Assembly (NCBI RefSeq): GCF_036971445.1
Contig: NC_091469.1
Coordinates: 396,552,001-396,616,000 of the forward strand
Direction of reading: 5' to 3'
DNA from: Narcine bancroftii
Lineage: Eukaryota
DNA length: 64,000 bases
Below are positions 50,386-62,319 of the stretch, piece by piece. Within the stretch, counting starts at the first letter, position 1. Each line of letters starts with the position of its first letter. The notes below the pieces were generated by a model. The model worked only from the letters and a program-made list of their open reading frames with translations. It was not told the origin of the DNA and searched no databases. Both the position numbers and the translations under genes were made by a program.

Positions 50386-51389
50386 GTAAGTTTCATGTGC
50401 TTCCATATTCTGTTGGTTTTGAAAAATTAATGTGTTGACAACTTAAAGGTACCACAAAAGTTTGAACAAAAGAGGTGAAGATGTACAATTGTTTCATCAC
50501 TATGCGTGCACAGTGATATTTATTTGCACTATGTTGGTCACAAGTTTTTGAAATATGTATGAAATAAAATTAACTCCGGGGTAATACTAGATTCACAAGT
50601 GAATGGTGTAATTTATACACTGAAATATCAATAAAAAATATCTGTTAGATATTAAGTGAACTTTCCAGTATTGGATGCTTGGCTTCCAAAACACATTTCA
50701 AAAGTTCTGTTTAATTTATTTGCGGAGTATGGGGGGGGCGGGGTTATTGACTTGCACCATGTCTGGGTGTGCCCTCTCGATTTACATTAAAAGAAGATTA
50801 CTTTGATTCAGGATGTAGGGCAGTGAATAGTAATTTTCCCACCCACTTCAGGTATTCCATTGCTAGAAATCATAATCTTAACAGAGTGGATCTTTACAAA
50901 CTACCTGATTAGTGTTTAAATATATTTGATATGCCTTGATACCATAATTAGGATGTCGATTATATTGGCCTGTCTCTTTTGCTGACTGTAAATGTTTGCA
51001 AATACTCGATTCACTCACAGTATCTCATTTTATTTGATTCAAGATTGACAGCTTTGAATAGAAATGCTGCAGAATTCAATTTACACTGATGGATCATTTC
51101 TTTCATAGATACCATTGACTAGCATTGTCTGTACTGAATGATTATTGGTCTTAGTTAACCACAGCTGATAGGTTAATTGGCTTCTGTAAATTACAAGTGT
51201 ACACTGCTGGTGGGAGAATTAAAGCTATCAATGGGTAATGAGTGATAGAATGGGTTACAAGGAAATAAATGGAAGGATGCAATCAGTGGGATTTCTCTGA
51301 GAACAGGCGTAGATTTGATGAGCAAAGAAATATGAATATTGGTATTAAAAAGAGCTTCATCTCAATTCATTTGTGCCATTTCTCTGTTT

Positions 51390-51750
51390 CTTTATCTGTT
51401 CTGATAACCAAGTATTTCACATGTGTTTCTGAAAAAGTCTTCCTTTCACAATGGCTATGGCTTCATCTCCATTGCTGCTTATGTGCTTCTTGACCAGTCT
51501 GTTCCATTTCTCATATTGTTCGACACCTCTTCCTGGCCAGATCAAGGATAGCATTCTCCTTGACCTTGCCTCCCACCATCCTCCTTATTCAATAGATCTT
51601 CTGTAAATTCTGCCACCTTGAGGCTGATGCTGTCATGATTCCCCTTCCTTCCCATTCAAAAGAAATCATTTCCTTCACAGCTCCCTTGTTTACAACTTCC
51701 ATTCACTGTTCTACTTCAGTCTCTTTTCCATTCAACCAAAGCAGAAAGGG
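51390..51750 (+). mobile_element. Penelope-like element fragment (RT-to-GIY-YIG linker), decayed
   Basis: Remnants of KDxxxLxL..H, FxHL, SLxxSLV and FPxN motifs. Confidence 0.45.
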
Positions 51751-52210
51751 TGAAGAGGAGATCTACTGGGATGTTGATGGGATTTATGCAGTTGAGTTGT
51801 GGGGAGAGGTTGGATGGGCTGGGTCTCTATAATCCTAGAACAAAGGAGGCTAAAGGGTAATCTTATAAAGGTATACACAATCATGAGGAGCACAGATAAA
51901 GTGAATGCTCACAGTCTCCACCCAAAGGGTGCCCAGCATAAAGGGCATAGTTTTAAGGTGAGAGGGAAAAGATTTGGTATGGTCCTCAGAGGAACTTTCT
52001 TCACTAATTGTGGTCATCAGCTGGAATGAGTTGGCAGAGCAATAGAAGCAGTCACACTAATAACCTAAAAGGCACTTGGGCAGGATTATGAATAAGGGGA
52101 GTTTGGCAGATGCTAACCAAGTGCATGGAAATAATCAGTTTAGAACACCAAATAGGTTAGCATTGCTTAATTGGCACAAGGGAAGGTTCTCCATTATGTG
52201 ATTCCATAGG
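51750..52210 (+). mobile_element. CR1 3' fragment
   Basis: LEQRRLKGNLIKVY...GHSFKVRG...RGTFFT. Confidence 0.8.
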
Positions 52211-52244
52211 ATTCATGTTTTCATAATAAAATGAATAAAGTCAA

Positions 52245-52880
52245 GTACTGAACCCATAGCTTTATTAGCTAAGAAAGCATGTTAGTGCCTCTACTTCCTC
52301 AGTAGTTTCTGGAGGTTTGGTATGACATCGGAAACCATGGCAAATTTCTACAGATGCATGATGGAAAGAGTGCTGATTGGTTTCATCATGGTCTGGTATG
52401 GGGACCCCTGAGCGTAAAGCCATGCAAAAGCTAGTGGACACAGCCAAGACAAAAACCCTCCCCACCATCAAGAACATCTACAGGGAATGCTGCCATCGGA
52501 GAGAACCAGTAATCAAGGATCCACACCACCCAGAACACGCTCTGTTCTCACTGCTACCATCAAGAAAGAGGTATAGGTGCCACAAGACTCGCACTATCAG
52601 GTTAAAGAACAACTACTACCTCTCTACCATCAGACTCTTTTAGTAATAAACAATCAGGGACTCGTTTAAGGACTCTTACTTTCTAATTTTATTGATTTTT
52701 TTCTCTTTATTGTACAGTTGGTTTGTTTATATTTATTTGTTTACTTGGGTACATTAAATACAGTTTTTTTTCATTTTGCACCAACAATAAGTGGTAATTC
52801 TGCCTCACCCACAAGAAAAAAAGCACCTCAGGGTTGTATGTGATTTCATGTATGTACTTTGACAATAAATCTTAAATCTA
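52245..52880 (+). mobile_element. Rex1/Babar-like LINE 3' fragment
   Basis: IKDPHHPEHALFSLLPSRKRYR. The 3' UTR is homologous to 11040-11230. Confidence 0.85.
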
Positions 52881-53764
52881 ATAATAATTATTTATTGGAA
52901 TTTGTAGAAAAAATGTTTTTAGTTATGTTTTCTATGATGGATGTACTTGAAATTTTTTTCTGCTGATTATTCATTACAAGTAGTTTTAATGTAAGCAATC
53001 ACTACCTCTTGCATTTTGTAAATCAAGGTTAGCAATTAAATGTATCTTTATGTGAAATGTAACAGTGGTTGTCTTTTATGTTCTTCCCAATTGGTTGTTT
53101 TGGCTGAATAGTGTTTGATTAGGTGAAAAAAATCAGTTTCAAATAATCACACTTTACCAAACTTTTCATACCCAGTGCATTTGCAATGTAGTATAAAATC
53201 TCATAAGCCACTGATACAAAATTGTTTTGATTATTGCTATTTTGTGAGTTATGAGATTTATTTAACTGCTACCTATCACTTTTCACTGCTCTGTAACTGC
53301 TTTGTACAATTAGAATATTTGCTTATGAAGGTGATAAATCTCTCATTTTATAGAAAGGTACAAAGGCTTAAACTTGTCACAATTTGGATAGAGGATATAA
53401 AGTATAGGTTGTTTATCATTTCATACCAGATGACTGCTAATTTAAAAAAAAATACACATTTTCAGTGATGAGCTCAGTTGAAAGACTAAACTAACATTAA
53501 GAAAGCTGTTAAGTAAAATCATTCAGACATCTATAATATCAATTTTCCTTTCAAAGTGTTGCAAACACTTTTTTCAAAATTAATTACTTAATCCAGTGAT
53601 TCCATATTATAACAGTTTTAACAATCCTTGAAGTATTGAGAAGATATGAGGTGAAGGCTGGAAAGTGGATGAATGGTGTGATCTATTGAGAGGCCTGAAG
53701 CTTATTCATTCTCTTTCTTGCTGAGAATCTGAGGCAGTTTGTGTGATATTCTTTTGAACCAAGT

Positions 53765-54260
53765 TGAACCATACTTGGAATACTGTGCTCAGTTTTGGTT
53801 GCCTCATTACAAGAATGTCAAAGCTGTGGTATTTGATGAGGATGATGCCTGGAATGGAGAACGTGCCTTATGAGGCAAGGTTAACAGAGCTAGGGCTTTT
53901 CTCTGGATTGAAGAAGAATGAGAGGTGACTTAATAAAAGTCTATAAGAAGCATAGATTGGGTGGATAGCAAACACCCTTTTCCTGGGGTAAGAGTAACAA
54001 ACACCAGAGGACATCTGTACAAGTTTAGGGGAGACATCAAGGGTAGGTTTTTTCACAGAAGAAAGTGAGTGCTTGGAATGCATTGCCAGGGGTGGTGCTG
54101 GAGGCTGGTACAATAGGTGGATTTAAGAGATTCTCTGATAGCATATGGATGCAAGAAAAAGCAGGGTTATGAGTGTAAAATAGAGAAGGTTTAGTTTGTT
54201 GAGTAGGTTTTTATCAGTTGGCACAATGTTGTTGGTTGAAGATACTGTGCTGTAATGACT
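53765..54260 (+). mobile_element. CR1 3' fragment
   Basis: PYLEYCAQFWLPHY and YEARLTELGLFS motifs, plus a CR1 tail. Confidence 0.8.
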
Positions 54261-54978
54261 GGTAAAAGTCCAGAATAAAACTATCTTGAAGATTCTAATT
54301 TCAATTAAAATAATTTTAATTAGAAAAGGTTTTTCATTTATGTGCCACATTTGCTATTCTGTTTCAAGCATGTGGTTTATGGTGTATATCCTGTTTGAGA
54401 ATTGTCAACCTGGGGTTTTACCTTCTGTAAAGCAAGCTGGATTATCTTTGCTACATTGGAAACCATAATGATAAATCTAATCAGTCTAGTTTGCTAATGC
54501 TCATTATTCTTCCTCTACTGGAAATGCAATAAATATTTCTAACTTTACTGTTGCAATACAGTTTCCATTTTATTTCCAAATTATCTGAAGTATTTGCAGT
54601 GTAAAATTAGAGTCAAATTTTAATCAAATGTACAATTAAAAGAAACGGTTGATTTGTAACTGGTTGACTTTTTCACATTTAACCATGTGGTGGATTATTG
54701 TCTTGTTTTTACAATGAAAATATATTAATCTAGAAAATTATTTTTGTTGCTTTTGACAACTTGCATACATGACAATACATGATGGGAAATGACATTTCAA
54801 GGCAATAGATTTAATTGTCATTAATGTTACTATTCAATTTATAATTTCAGATGTTCAAATACTTATCGTGACCATCTGATGGACCTATAACCTGTGATTA
54901 TTGCAGAAAAATAGTCTTTAGGACAGATAACAAGTTTAGCAGGACAAAATCAATAATTGAACTGCTGAATTCAAATAC

Positions 54979-55283
54979 TGCTACAGGTTATATAATGCCT
55001 ATAGATAATTATGTATTTAAAAAAGATTGTGGGGGGGGTTTGGTGTAGGTCACTTCACAGAGTAACACTTCACAAAAGACTTCTCATTTAAAATGAAAAA
55101 GCTTTGCTGAAGCTAGGCATTCAGCCAGTGCTTGGCTTTGCAAAAGTCAATGGAACTGCTTTGGAAGGAACTTCAGAAGTAGGTGCAAATGGAACAAAGT
55201 CCAGGCTCAAGTGCTGATAAGATCTTTCAAAGATTGGGTTTGGAGTCTTGGGAAAGGTTTTGTTTTTCTTATAAGCAGGATTC

Positions 55284-55336
<53 letters not shown>

Positions 55337-56000
55337 TAGATGGAGGAGTCAGTTCTACAGTAGCAGTTGAGGCTGGCTGTAGAATGGCAGTCTTGAAAGA
55401 CCCATTCTGAAGACAGGTTCTGAGTTCAGCCTGTTCAAAACCCTTGTCGTCCTTGCAAGAGGAAATGGCTGGCTAGAGTGTTTCTCCTGAAATAAGGGAA
55501 ACAAGAGGAACTCTGTGATGACCTAGAAGAAGAGGTTATCATTTGGAAAACCCACAATGGGACAAGTTTCTTCGGCAAGACACTGAAGTGACTGATTGGA
55601 GGAAATTAGTTTGTGTGTGTCCAACAAGGAAAAAATATCTCTCTGAAACCTACAAAAACATTCCTGAGCAGTAACCATTTAACAACTTTAAGCACCAGAG
55701 CCTGGTGAAGATTCATAAATGTTGAATTCTGTGCATAGTACAAGAATTGCCTGATACCGGTGAACTTGGAGAAGTGAGAAGTGAATGATTAGCCTGTGAA
55801 ACAAAGAACTTTCCTGACATATACACATTACATACACGTGTGCTTAGAATTAGAAGGGGGTTGTTAGGTTAGTTAATAGTGATAAAGATTGATCCTGTTT
55901 TCATGTTTAAAGAAAATTAAAAGTAACTTTTGTTTAAGTAAGCATTGTCTTGGTGAATTTCCATTGCTGCTGGGTTTTGAAGTCCTCTGGGCTTGTAACA
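54979..56000. mobile_element. solo LTR (family A) with a 4-bp TSD (ATAC)
   Basis: TG...GTAACA termini. ATAC at 54975-54978 and 56001-56004. Homologous to 2564-3562, with (GT)n(GA)n at 55287-55338. Confidence 0.8.
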
Positions 56001-56334
56001 ATACATAAAAATTAACTCTGAATGTTATGCACATTGTTTCAATAGGGCTGCATTATTTTATTTTTTTATTTCCAATTATAGATATGTTATTCAATTGCCA
56101 GTGTTATTTTAGAAATCAAATTTTAAGTCATTGAGATTAATACATTTGAAGTCTATAAAATGTCTTTAATTTTATAATTTCAGAACATGTTTGCCAATAT
56201 TTGTGACAGCTTTACTGATCCCAAGGGGATTGGTATGATCTGCAAAGAACTATGTTGAACATAACATAACACCACAGATATAATGTATTTCCTCACTTTT
56301 ACACTGCATTGAATGTGTTGATTTTGTCAGTTAT

Positions 56335-57250
56335 ACATCTCAGAAATAGGCCCTTTGGCTCAACTCATCCATCCCTACCAGCGTAGTCATATTAGTCTGC
56401 ATTTGGCACCATATTGCTTTAAACTTTTCCTATCCACTACCTCTCTTAAATGTACCCACCTATACCCATTCTTCCAGCAGCTCATTACAATATACCTACC
56501 ATGCTCTGTGAAAAGCTTGCTCCTCAGATATCCCTCTCACTTAAACCTATATCCTCTACCCTGGGGAAAAGACTGATTATTTACCTAAATGCCCCTCATG
56601 ATTTTATAAACCTCTATAAGGTCTCCTTCATTTTCCAGAGAAAATTAGTCTCTACTTGCAACTCGAATTGTCCAGTTAAGACAACATTCTTGTGAATCTT
56701 TACTGCACCCTTTTCAGCTTGATGATATTCTCTGTAATACTTGGTGTCCAGAACTGCACACAGTTCTTCAAGTACAGTCTCACTAACATTTTGTATAGCT
56801 GCAACATCTGGAAAATATCTCTACCGGGACCCCAGGAATTTCTTCCCTAGCTTTCCACAAAGTCTAAGTATAGATGTCGGTTGGTCACAGGGATTTATGT
56901 ACCTTTTTCTTGTGCAATATGAAGATGTTTCAGGACATCCCTGAATTCCTGATATCCCTTGACCTCCTCCATGGTAAATATAGACAAGAGGGATCCATTT
57001 AAGTTCTCTCCCATTTCCAATGGCGTCAGTCACAGATGACCTATTGATCCTTTGACCAATTCTCTCCCTAGTAATACTTTTGATCTTAATATATTTAGGG
57101 AATCTCTTGAGATTCCCCTTTACCTGATCTCCCAAAGCTATCTCAAATCCTCTATTTTACCCTCTAGTTACCTCATGTACTCGTGCCGAGTGCAGCTCCT
57201 TCATCAAGGAGTATTGATTACCTTGTATGTCTTATACCTGATCCAATTTT
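56335..57250 (-). mobile_element. CR1 fragments (3' end and ORF2 linker)
   Basis: The reverse strand has LEELCAVLDT-like, DLIEVYKIMRG and KGNLKRFPKYIK motifs. Confidence 0.7.
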
Positions 57251-57428
57251 ATTCCTGCATGTTTCTGACATGTTCAGTGGGAATTGTTGGTTATTACTTA
57301 GTATTAAATTTAGTGGTATTAAATTTAGTAATATATTTTACTCTCAATTTATTTTAAATAGCCCTGCAATTTTCAAAGAAGATAAATTATCTGTAATTAT
57401 CCTTCCATTTCTTCTGTTAAATGATATA

Positions 57429-57855
57429 CCGTATATTTACATGTAATAATCAAAGTTTGTTCACCTATTTTTGGGTTAAAATTTAGTGAGTTTACTATTA
57501 AATGCAGATTTTTGACCACGATAATTGTCTTTGTCATTTGAGGCGTCAGGATCTCTGATGGGATGGTGGCCTGGACCACGTGGCAAGTCTGCAATCAGGG
57601 TGTTGGGAGCTTGGATAGGTGGATGGCCATGCCCTAGGTGAGAGTCTTATGTCAGGGCATCAGGGGCTCCGGAGAGCGGGTGGCTTGGGTGAAAGTCTAT
57701 GGGTCGAAGCGTCAGGAGCTCTGGTGGGAGGGAGGCTGGGGCCAAAAATAGGGTAGGTTGACTTTTACAGGCAATATTACAGAAAATACCAGATTTTGGA
57801 GCCAAAATGGGGGGGATGGACCTTTGCATGTTATTACACATGTAAGTATATACAA
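57429..57855. mobile_element. Tc2/pogo-like MITE
   Basis: Imperfect TIRs ta|ccgtatatttacatgtaataa and ttattacacatgtaagtatatacaa|ta, with TA flanks and a GC-rich interior. Confidence 0.6.
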
Positions 57856-59204
57856 TATTTAGACTTAAAGTGTATTGATTTTTGGCATTCAAATAGAATC
57901 ATAATTCTGACTTGTGTGAGTTGTTTTGTGCTTGCACTAGGAGCTCCACAAATATGTTTTTCAAAAATTCTAAGCAGAAATAGGCTACTCAGTTCCTTTT
58001 GTTTGCTTTGTTCAGATCATGGCTGCTTTCTTGCCTCAGTGCTACTTCCTCGCAGTTACAAAATACTTAATTTCCTCTTCATCTTAAAAATCCATTGCAG
58101 TTAACTTGAATGCATTTAACAACTGTATTGTCACAGTCCTCTTTGATGGAAAATTCTACAGAATCATTACCCTCTGGGTGAATACATTTCTTCTCATCTT
58201 TGTCCTGAATAGCTGCTACTTTATTTTGTGATTATGAATCTGAGTTCTAGATATCTCAGCAAAAGGAAAGATCACCCAATCATCTGCCATGTCATGCTTG
58301 TTAGAATTTTGTACATTTCAAAAATGTCTGATCCTAACCTGGAAACATATCACTTCCTTATTTCTGGATATGCCACTATCTTCACAGTCATCCAGGAATG
58401 GCAGTAAATGTTTTAGTTTATGTTTGGTTGTTTAAATGAGAATTGGAAGTAGGCAAGATGGAATGTTACTTTTGAGCCATAACAGAATTTCTTGCAACTT
58501 TTTCAGAGAAAAAAGGATAATTTTACAGCATCTAGGAATAGTAGAGTGCTCATTTGCTTATAGGTTTGCTACAGTATATTTAAATATGCTGCAAGTATAA
58601 TTATAGAAGTGGAAAAAATCACAAAAATGCAAATTTACCATTTGGGTGTTGTCCCAAAACTAGCTAATATTGCCTCTTAGAGGATCATTTCACCTTATTG
58701 ACTAGTGATAAAAGAAGTATTGCAGGTTTTACCAAGTTAGCCACTTGGCATTCTTGGAGTTTAAAACTGATTTGAAAATTCTGATTAGTTATCACTACTG
58801 GTATTGCTACCGAAGAAGACATTTCAATTTCTGTATTTATTTACTTTTAATTTTGTGTAGTCTCTCCTTTAAGCCAATAGTACATTTTCAGAGGGTTGCT
58901 TGTGTAATTATGCCAAAATGTGTAAAGAACCATTTGTAGTATTGAAAATAATTGCAATCTTTAAGGAGAAATATACAGTGTTAACATTTTGCACACTTTA
59001 CCAATTGAACTTTATATCATTTGATTTATGATATCGGAGATTCATGTTGTCACTAACCATTGTTCATTGAACTGCAACTGATTGTTTTCTCCAACTGAAT
59101 ATTTGTAAGTTTATGCAAGTGATAAATCTTAGTTTTCTTTATAGTCTGTTTGTAATGAGCTAAATTTCACGCAAATTATTTGTGATTTTTCTCAACGTTT
59201 CTTT

Positions 59205-60405
59205 TAATCAGAATCAGATTTTATTATCATGAACACATCATGAAATTTGTTTTGAGGCACCATTGCAGGTGCAAAATTGCTATAAATTGCATATAAAAAA
59301 TAAGCTAGTGTAAAAGAGAAAGTATGGTAGTGTATGTGGTTCATTATCTATTTAGCATGGGGGGGAAAAAGCTGTTACTGTACATTGGATGTTCATCTTC
59401 AGGGTCTTGTATCTCATCCCTGAGAAGTAGCAGTAAGAAAAGAGGCTGACTTGTATTGCAAGGGTCTTTGAGAATAGTGGCTACTCTTTGCAATACCATA
59501 TTTTGTAGATATCCCTAATGGAGTGAGTGAAAACTCATGCCCATGATGGGGCTGGCCAAATTCACAACTCTGTAGTCTTTTTCTGTCTTCTCCATTGACA
59601 TACTCTACACCAGTCAGAATGCTCTCCACTGTATACCTGTAGAAATTTGCAGGAGTATTTAGTGACATAGCAAATATCCTCCAATTCCTCATAGCTGCTG
59701 GCAAACCTTCTTGGTGATTGCATTGACTCAAAGACCCCAGGATAGATCTTCAGAGATGTTGACACCCAGGAATTTGAAGTTGTTTACCCTTTCCATTGCT
59801 GACCTCTCAAAGAGGACTGTTTTGCCCTCTCCTGATCTCCTACTCCTTGCATCCACAATCAGTTCTGTAGTTTTGCTAACATTGATTGCAAAGTTATTGT
59901 GACACCACTCAACCTGCTGATCTATCTCACTCCTGTGCGCTTTCTCATTGCCATCTGTGATTCTGCCGATGACTGTGGTGACTTTGGCAAATTTGTAGAT
60001 GGCATTTGAATTGTGCTTCGCCACACAGTCATAGGTGTAGAGTGAGGAGAGCAACAGGCTAAGTACGCATCCTTCAGGTGCACCTGTATTGATTGTGAGT
60101 GAGAAGGAGTTATTTCCAATTTGTACTGACTGGTCTTCTGATGAGAAAGTCAAGGATCCATTTGTAGAGGGAGGTGAAGAGGCCCAGGTTTTGAAGCTTG
60201 CTGACCAGTACTGAGGGGGTTATGGCATTAAAAGTGAGCTATAGTCGACGAAAAGAAACTGTTGTCCAGTTGATTCAGGGCTAAGCGGAGAATCAGTGAG
60301 ATTATATCTGCTGTGAAACGATTGTGGTGGTAGGCTAATTTCAGTGGATCCATATCTTTACTTGGATGTGTGTTGATTCTGGCCATGGCCTACCTCAAAG
60401 CATTT
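59205..60405 (-). mobile_element. Rex1/Babar-like LINE 3' half
   Basis: ORF 59728-60153 (TGAPEGCVLS...YDCVAKH...YKFA...NVSKTTEL...FKFLGV). Tail aatcagaatcagattttatt. Confidence 0.9.
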
Positions 60406-60682
60406 TTAAAGTTTAGATATAAACCACAGTAACAGGCCATTTCAGCCCATGAGCCCATGCCGCCCAGTTAACCTACAACACCCCCCTCCCCACCCCCGCA
60501 CATTTCAAATGAATTTCATCCAAATAGATGTGAATCCAACTAGGAGATAGTAATTGAGGCAATGAAAGATTGAAAATATCTGTGAACACCCTAACTGGTA
60601 TATTGACACAGATTTCAGTACTCTGCCAGGTATCCCATCAGGGCCTGAATCCCTGATGCCTTTATGGGTCCAGTAAATGCCA

Positions 60683-61835
60683 AATCTTCTTCAGCATGAT
60701 GCTGAACCAAGCCATGAAAGACCTCAACAATGAAGACGCTGTTTACATCCGGTACCGCACGGATGGCAGTCTCTTCAATCTGAGGCGCCTGCAAGCTCAC
60801 ACCAAGACACAAGAGAAACTTGTCCGTGAACTACTCTTTGCAGACGATGCCGCTTTAGTTGCCCATTCAGAGCCAGCTCTTCAGTGCTTGACGTCCTGCT
60901 TTGCGGAAACTGCCAAAATGTTTGGCCTGGAAGTCAGCCTGAAGAAAACTGAGGTCCTCCATCAGCCAGCTCCCCACCATGACTACCAGCCCCCCCACAT
61001 CTCCATTGGGCACACAAAACTCAAAACGGTCAACCAGTTTACCTATTTCGGCTGCACAATTTCATCAGATGCAAGGATCGACAATGAGATAGACAACAGA
61101 CTCGCCAAGGCAAATAGCGCCTTTGGAAGACTACACAAAAGAGTCTGGAAAAACAACCAACTGAAAAACCTCACAAAGATAAGCGTATACAGAGCCGTTG
61201 TCATACCCACACTCCTGTTCGGCTCCGAATCATGGGTCCTCTACCGGCATCACCTATAGCTCCTAGAACGCTTCCACCAGCGTTGTCTCCACTCCATCCT
61301 CAACATCCATTGGAGCGCTTTCATCCCTAACGTCGAAGTACTCGAGATGGCAGAGGTCGACAGCATCGAGTCCACGCTGCTGAAGATCCAGCTGCGCTGG
61401 GTGGGTCACGTCTCCAGAATGGAGGACCATCGCCTTCCCAAGATCCTGTTATATGGCGAGCTCTCCACTGGCCACCGTGACAGAGGTGCACCAAAGAAAA
61501 GGTACAAGGACTGCCTAAAGAAATCTCTTGGTGCCTGCCACATTGACCACCGCCAGTGGGCTGATATCGCCTCAAACCGTGCATCTTGGCGCCTCACAGT
61601 TTGGCGGGCAGCAACCTCCTTTGAAGAAGACCGCAGAGCCCACCTCACTGACAAAAGGCAAAGGAGGAAAAACCCAACACCCAACCCCAACCAACCAATT
61701 TTCCCCTGCAGCCGCTGCAACCGTGTCTGCCTGTCCCGCATCGGACTTGTCAGCCACAAACGAGCCTGCAGCTGACATGGACTTTTTACCCCCTCCATAA
61801 ATCTTCGTCCGCGAAGCCAAGCCAAAGAAAGAAGA
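60683..61835 (+). mobile_element. young RTE-clade (BovB-related) LINE, 5'-truncated
   Basis: ORFs 60696-61259 and 61347-61775 share one frame with a single TAG between them. LLFADD RT motif, QLRWVGHV and C-terminal CxxC..H motif. Tail gccaagccaaagaaagaaga. Confidence 0.92.
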
Positions 61836-61844
61836 TTCTTTATA

Positions 61845-61993
61845 TTTCTATTTTTTTGTAATTGTGTGGTTGCGTAAAGATTAAAAACAATCTAAAGTGT
61901 GATTTTAGAAGAGAGATGGTGTTGAAAAGGTGGAGTAGAGGTGAAAATCGATTGAAAGGATGAATACATTGAAATATATGAAAATTTATTAAT
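61845..61993 (+). repeat. about 150-bp direct duplicate of 63123-63277
   Basis: Shared long exact blocks, e.g. acaatctaaagtgtgattttagaagagagatggtgttgaaaaggtgga. Confidence 0.9.
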
Positions 61994-61994
61994 T

Positions 61995-62310
61995 TACCTT
62001 TCAAGCACTAAATCCTGGTGAACTTGATAAATGTTAAATTCTGTGCACAGTATAAGAATTGCCTGCAACCAGTGAACTTGGAAGAATGAGAAGTGAGATT
62101 GAACTATGAACCAAAGAACTTTTCTGAACTTGTGCACACATTACATACTCGTGCGCTTAGAAGGGGATTAAGTAAGTCAATAGAGATAAGTTGAAGTTTG
62201 ATTCTATTTTCATGTTTAAAGATAATTAAAAGCAACTTTTGTTTAAGTAACCATTTATCTTCGTGAATTTCTATTGCTGCTGTGTTTTGGGGTCCTCTGG
62301 GCTCATAACA
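61995..62310. mobile_element. truncated LTR (family A)
   Basis: Homologous to 3290-3548 and 55680-56000. Ends gggctcataaca. Confidence 0.8.
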
Positions 62311-62319
62311 CATGATTTA

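Noticed and set aside
61406-61825. 139-aa - strand ORF
   Set aside because: Antisense shadow of the GC-rich RTE ORF.
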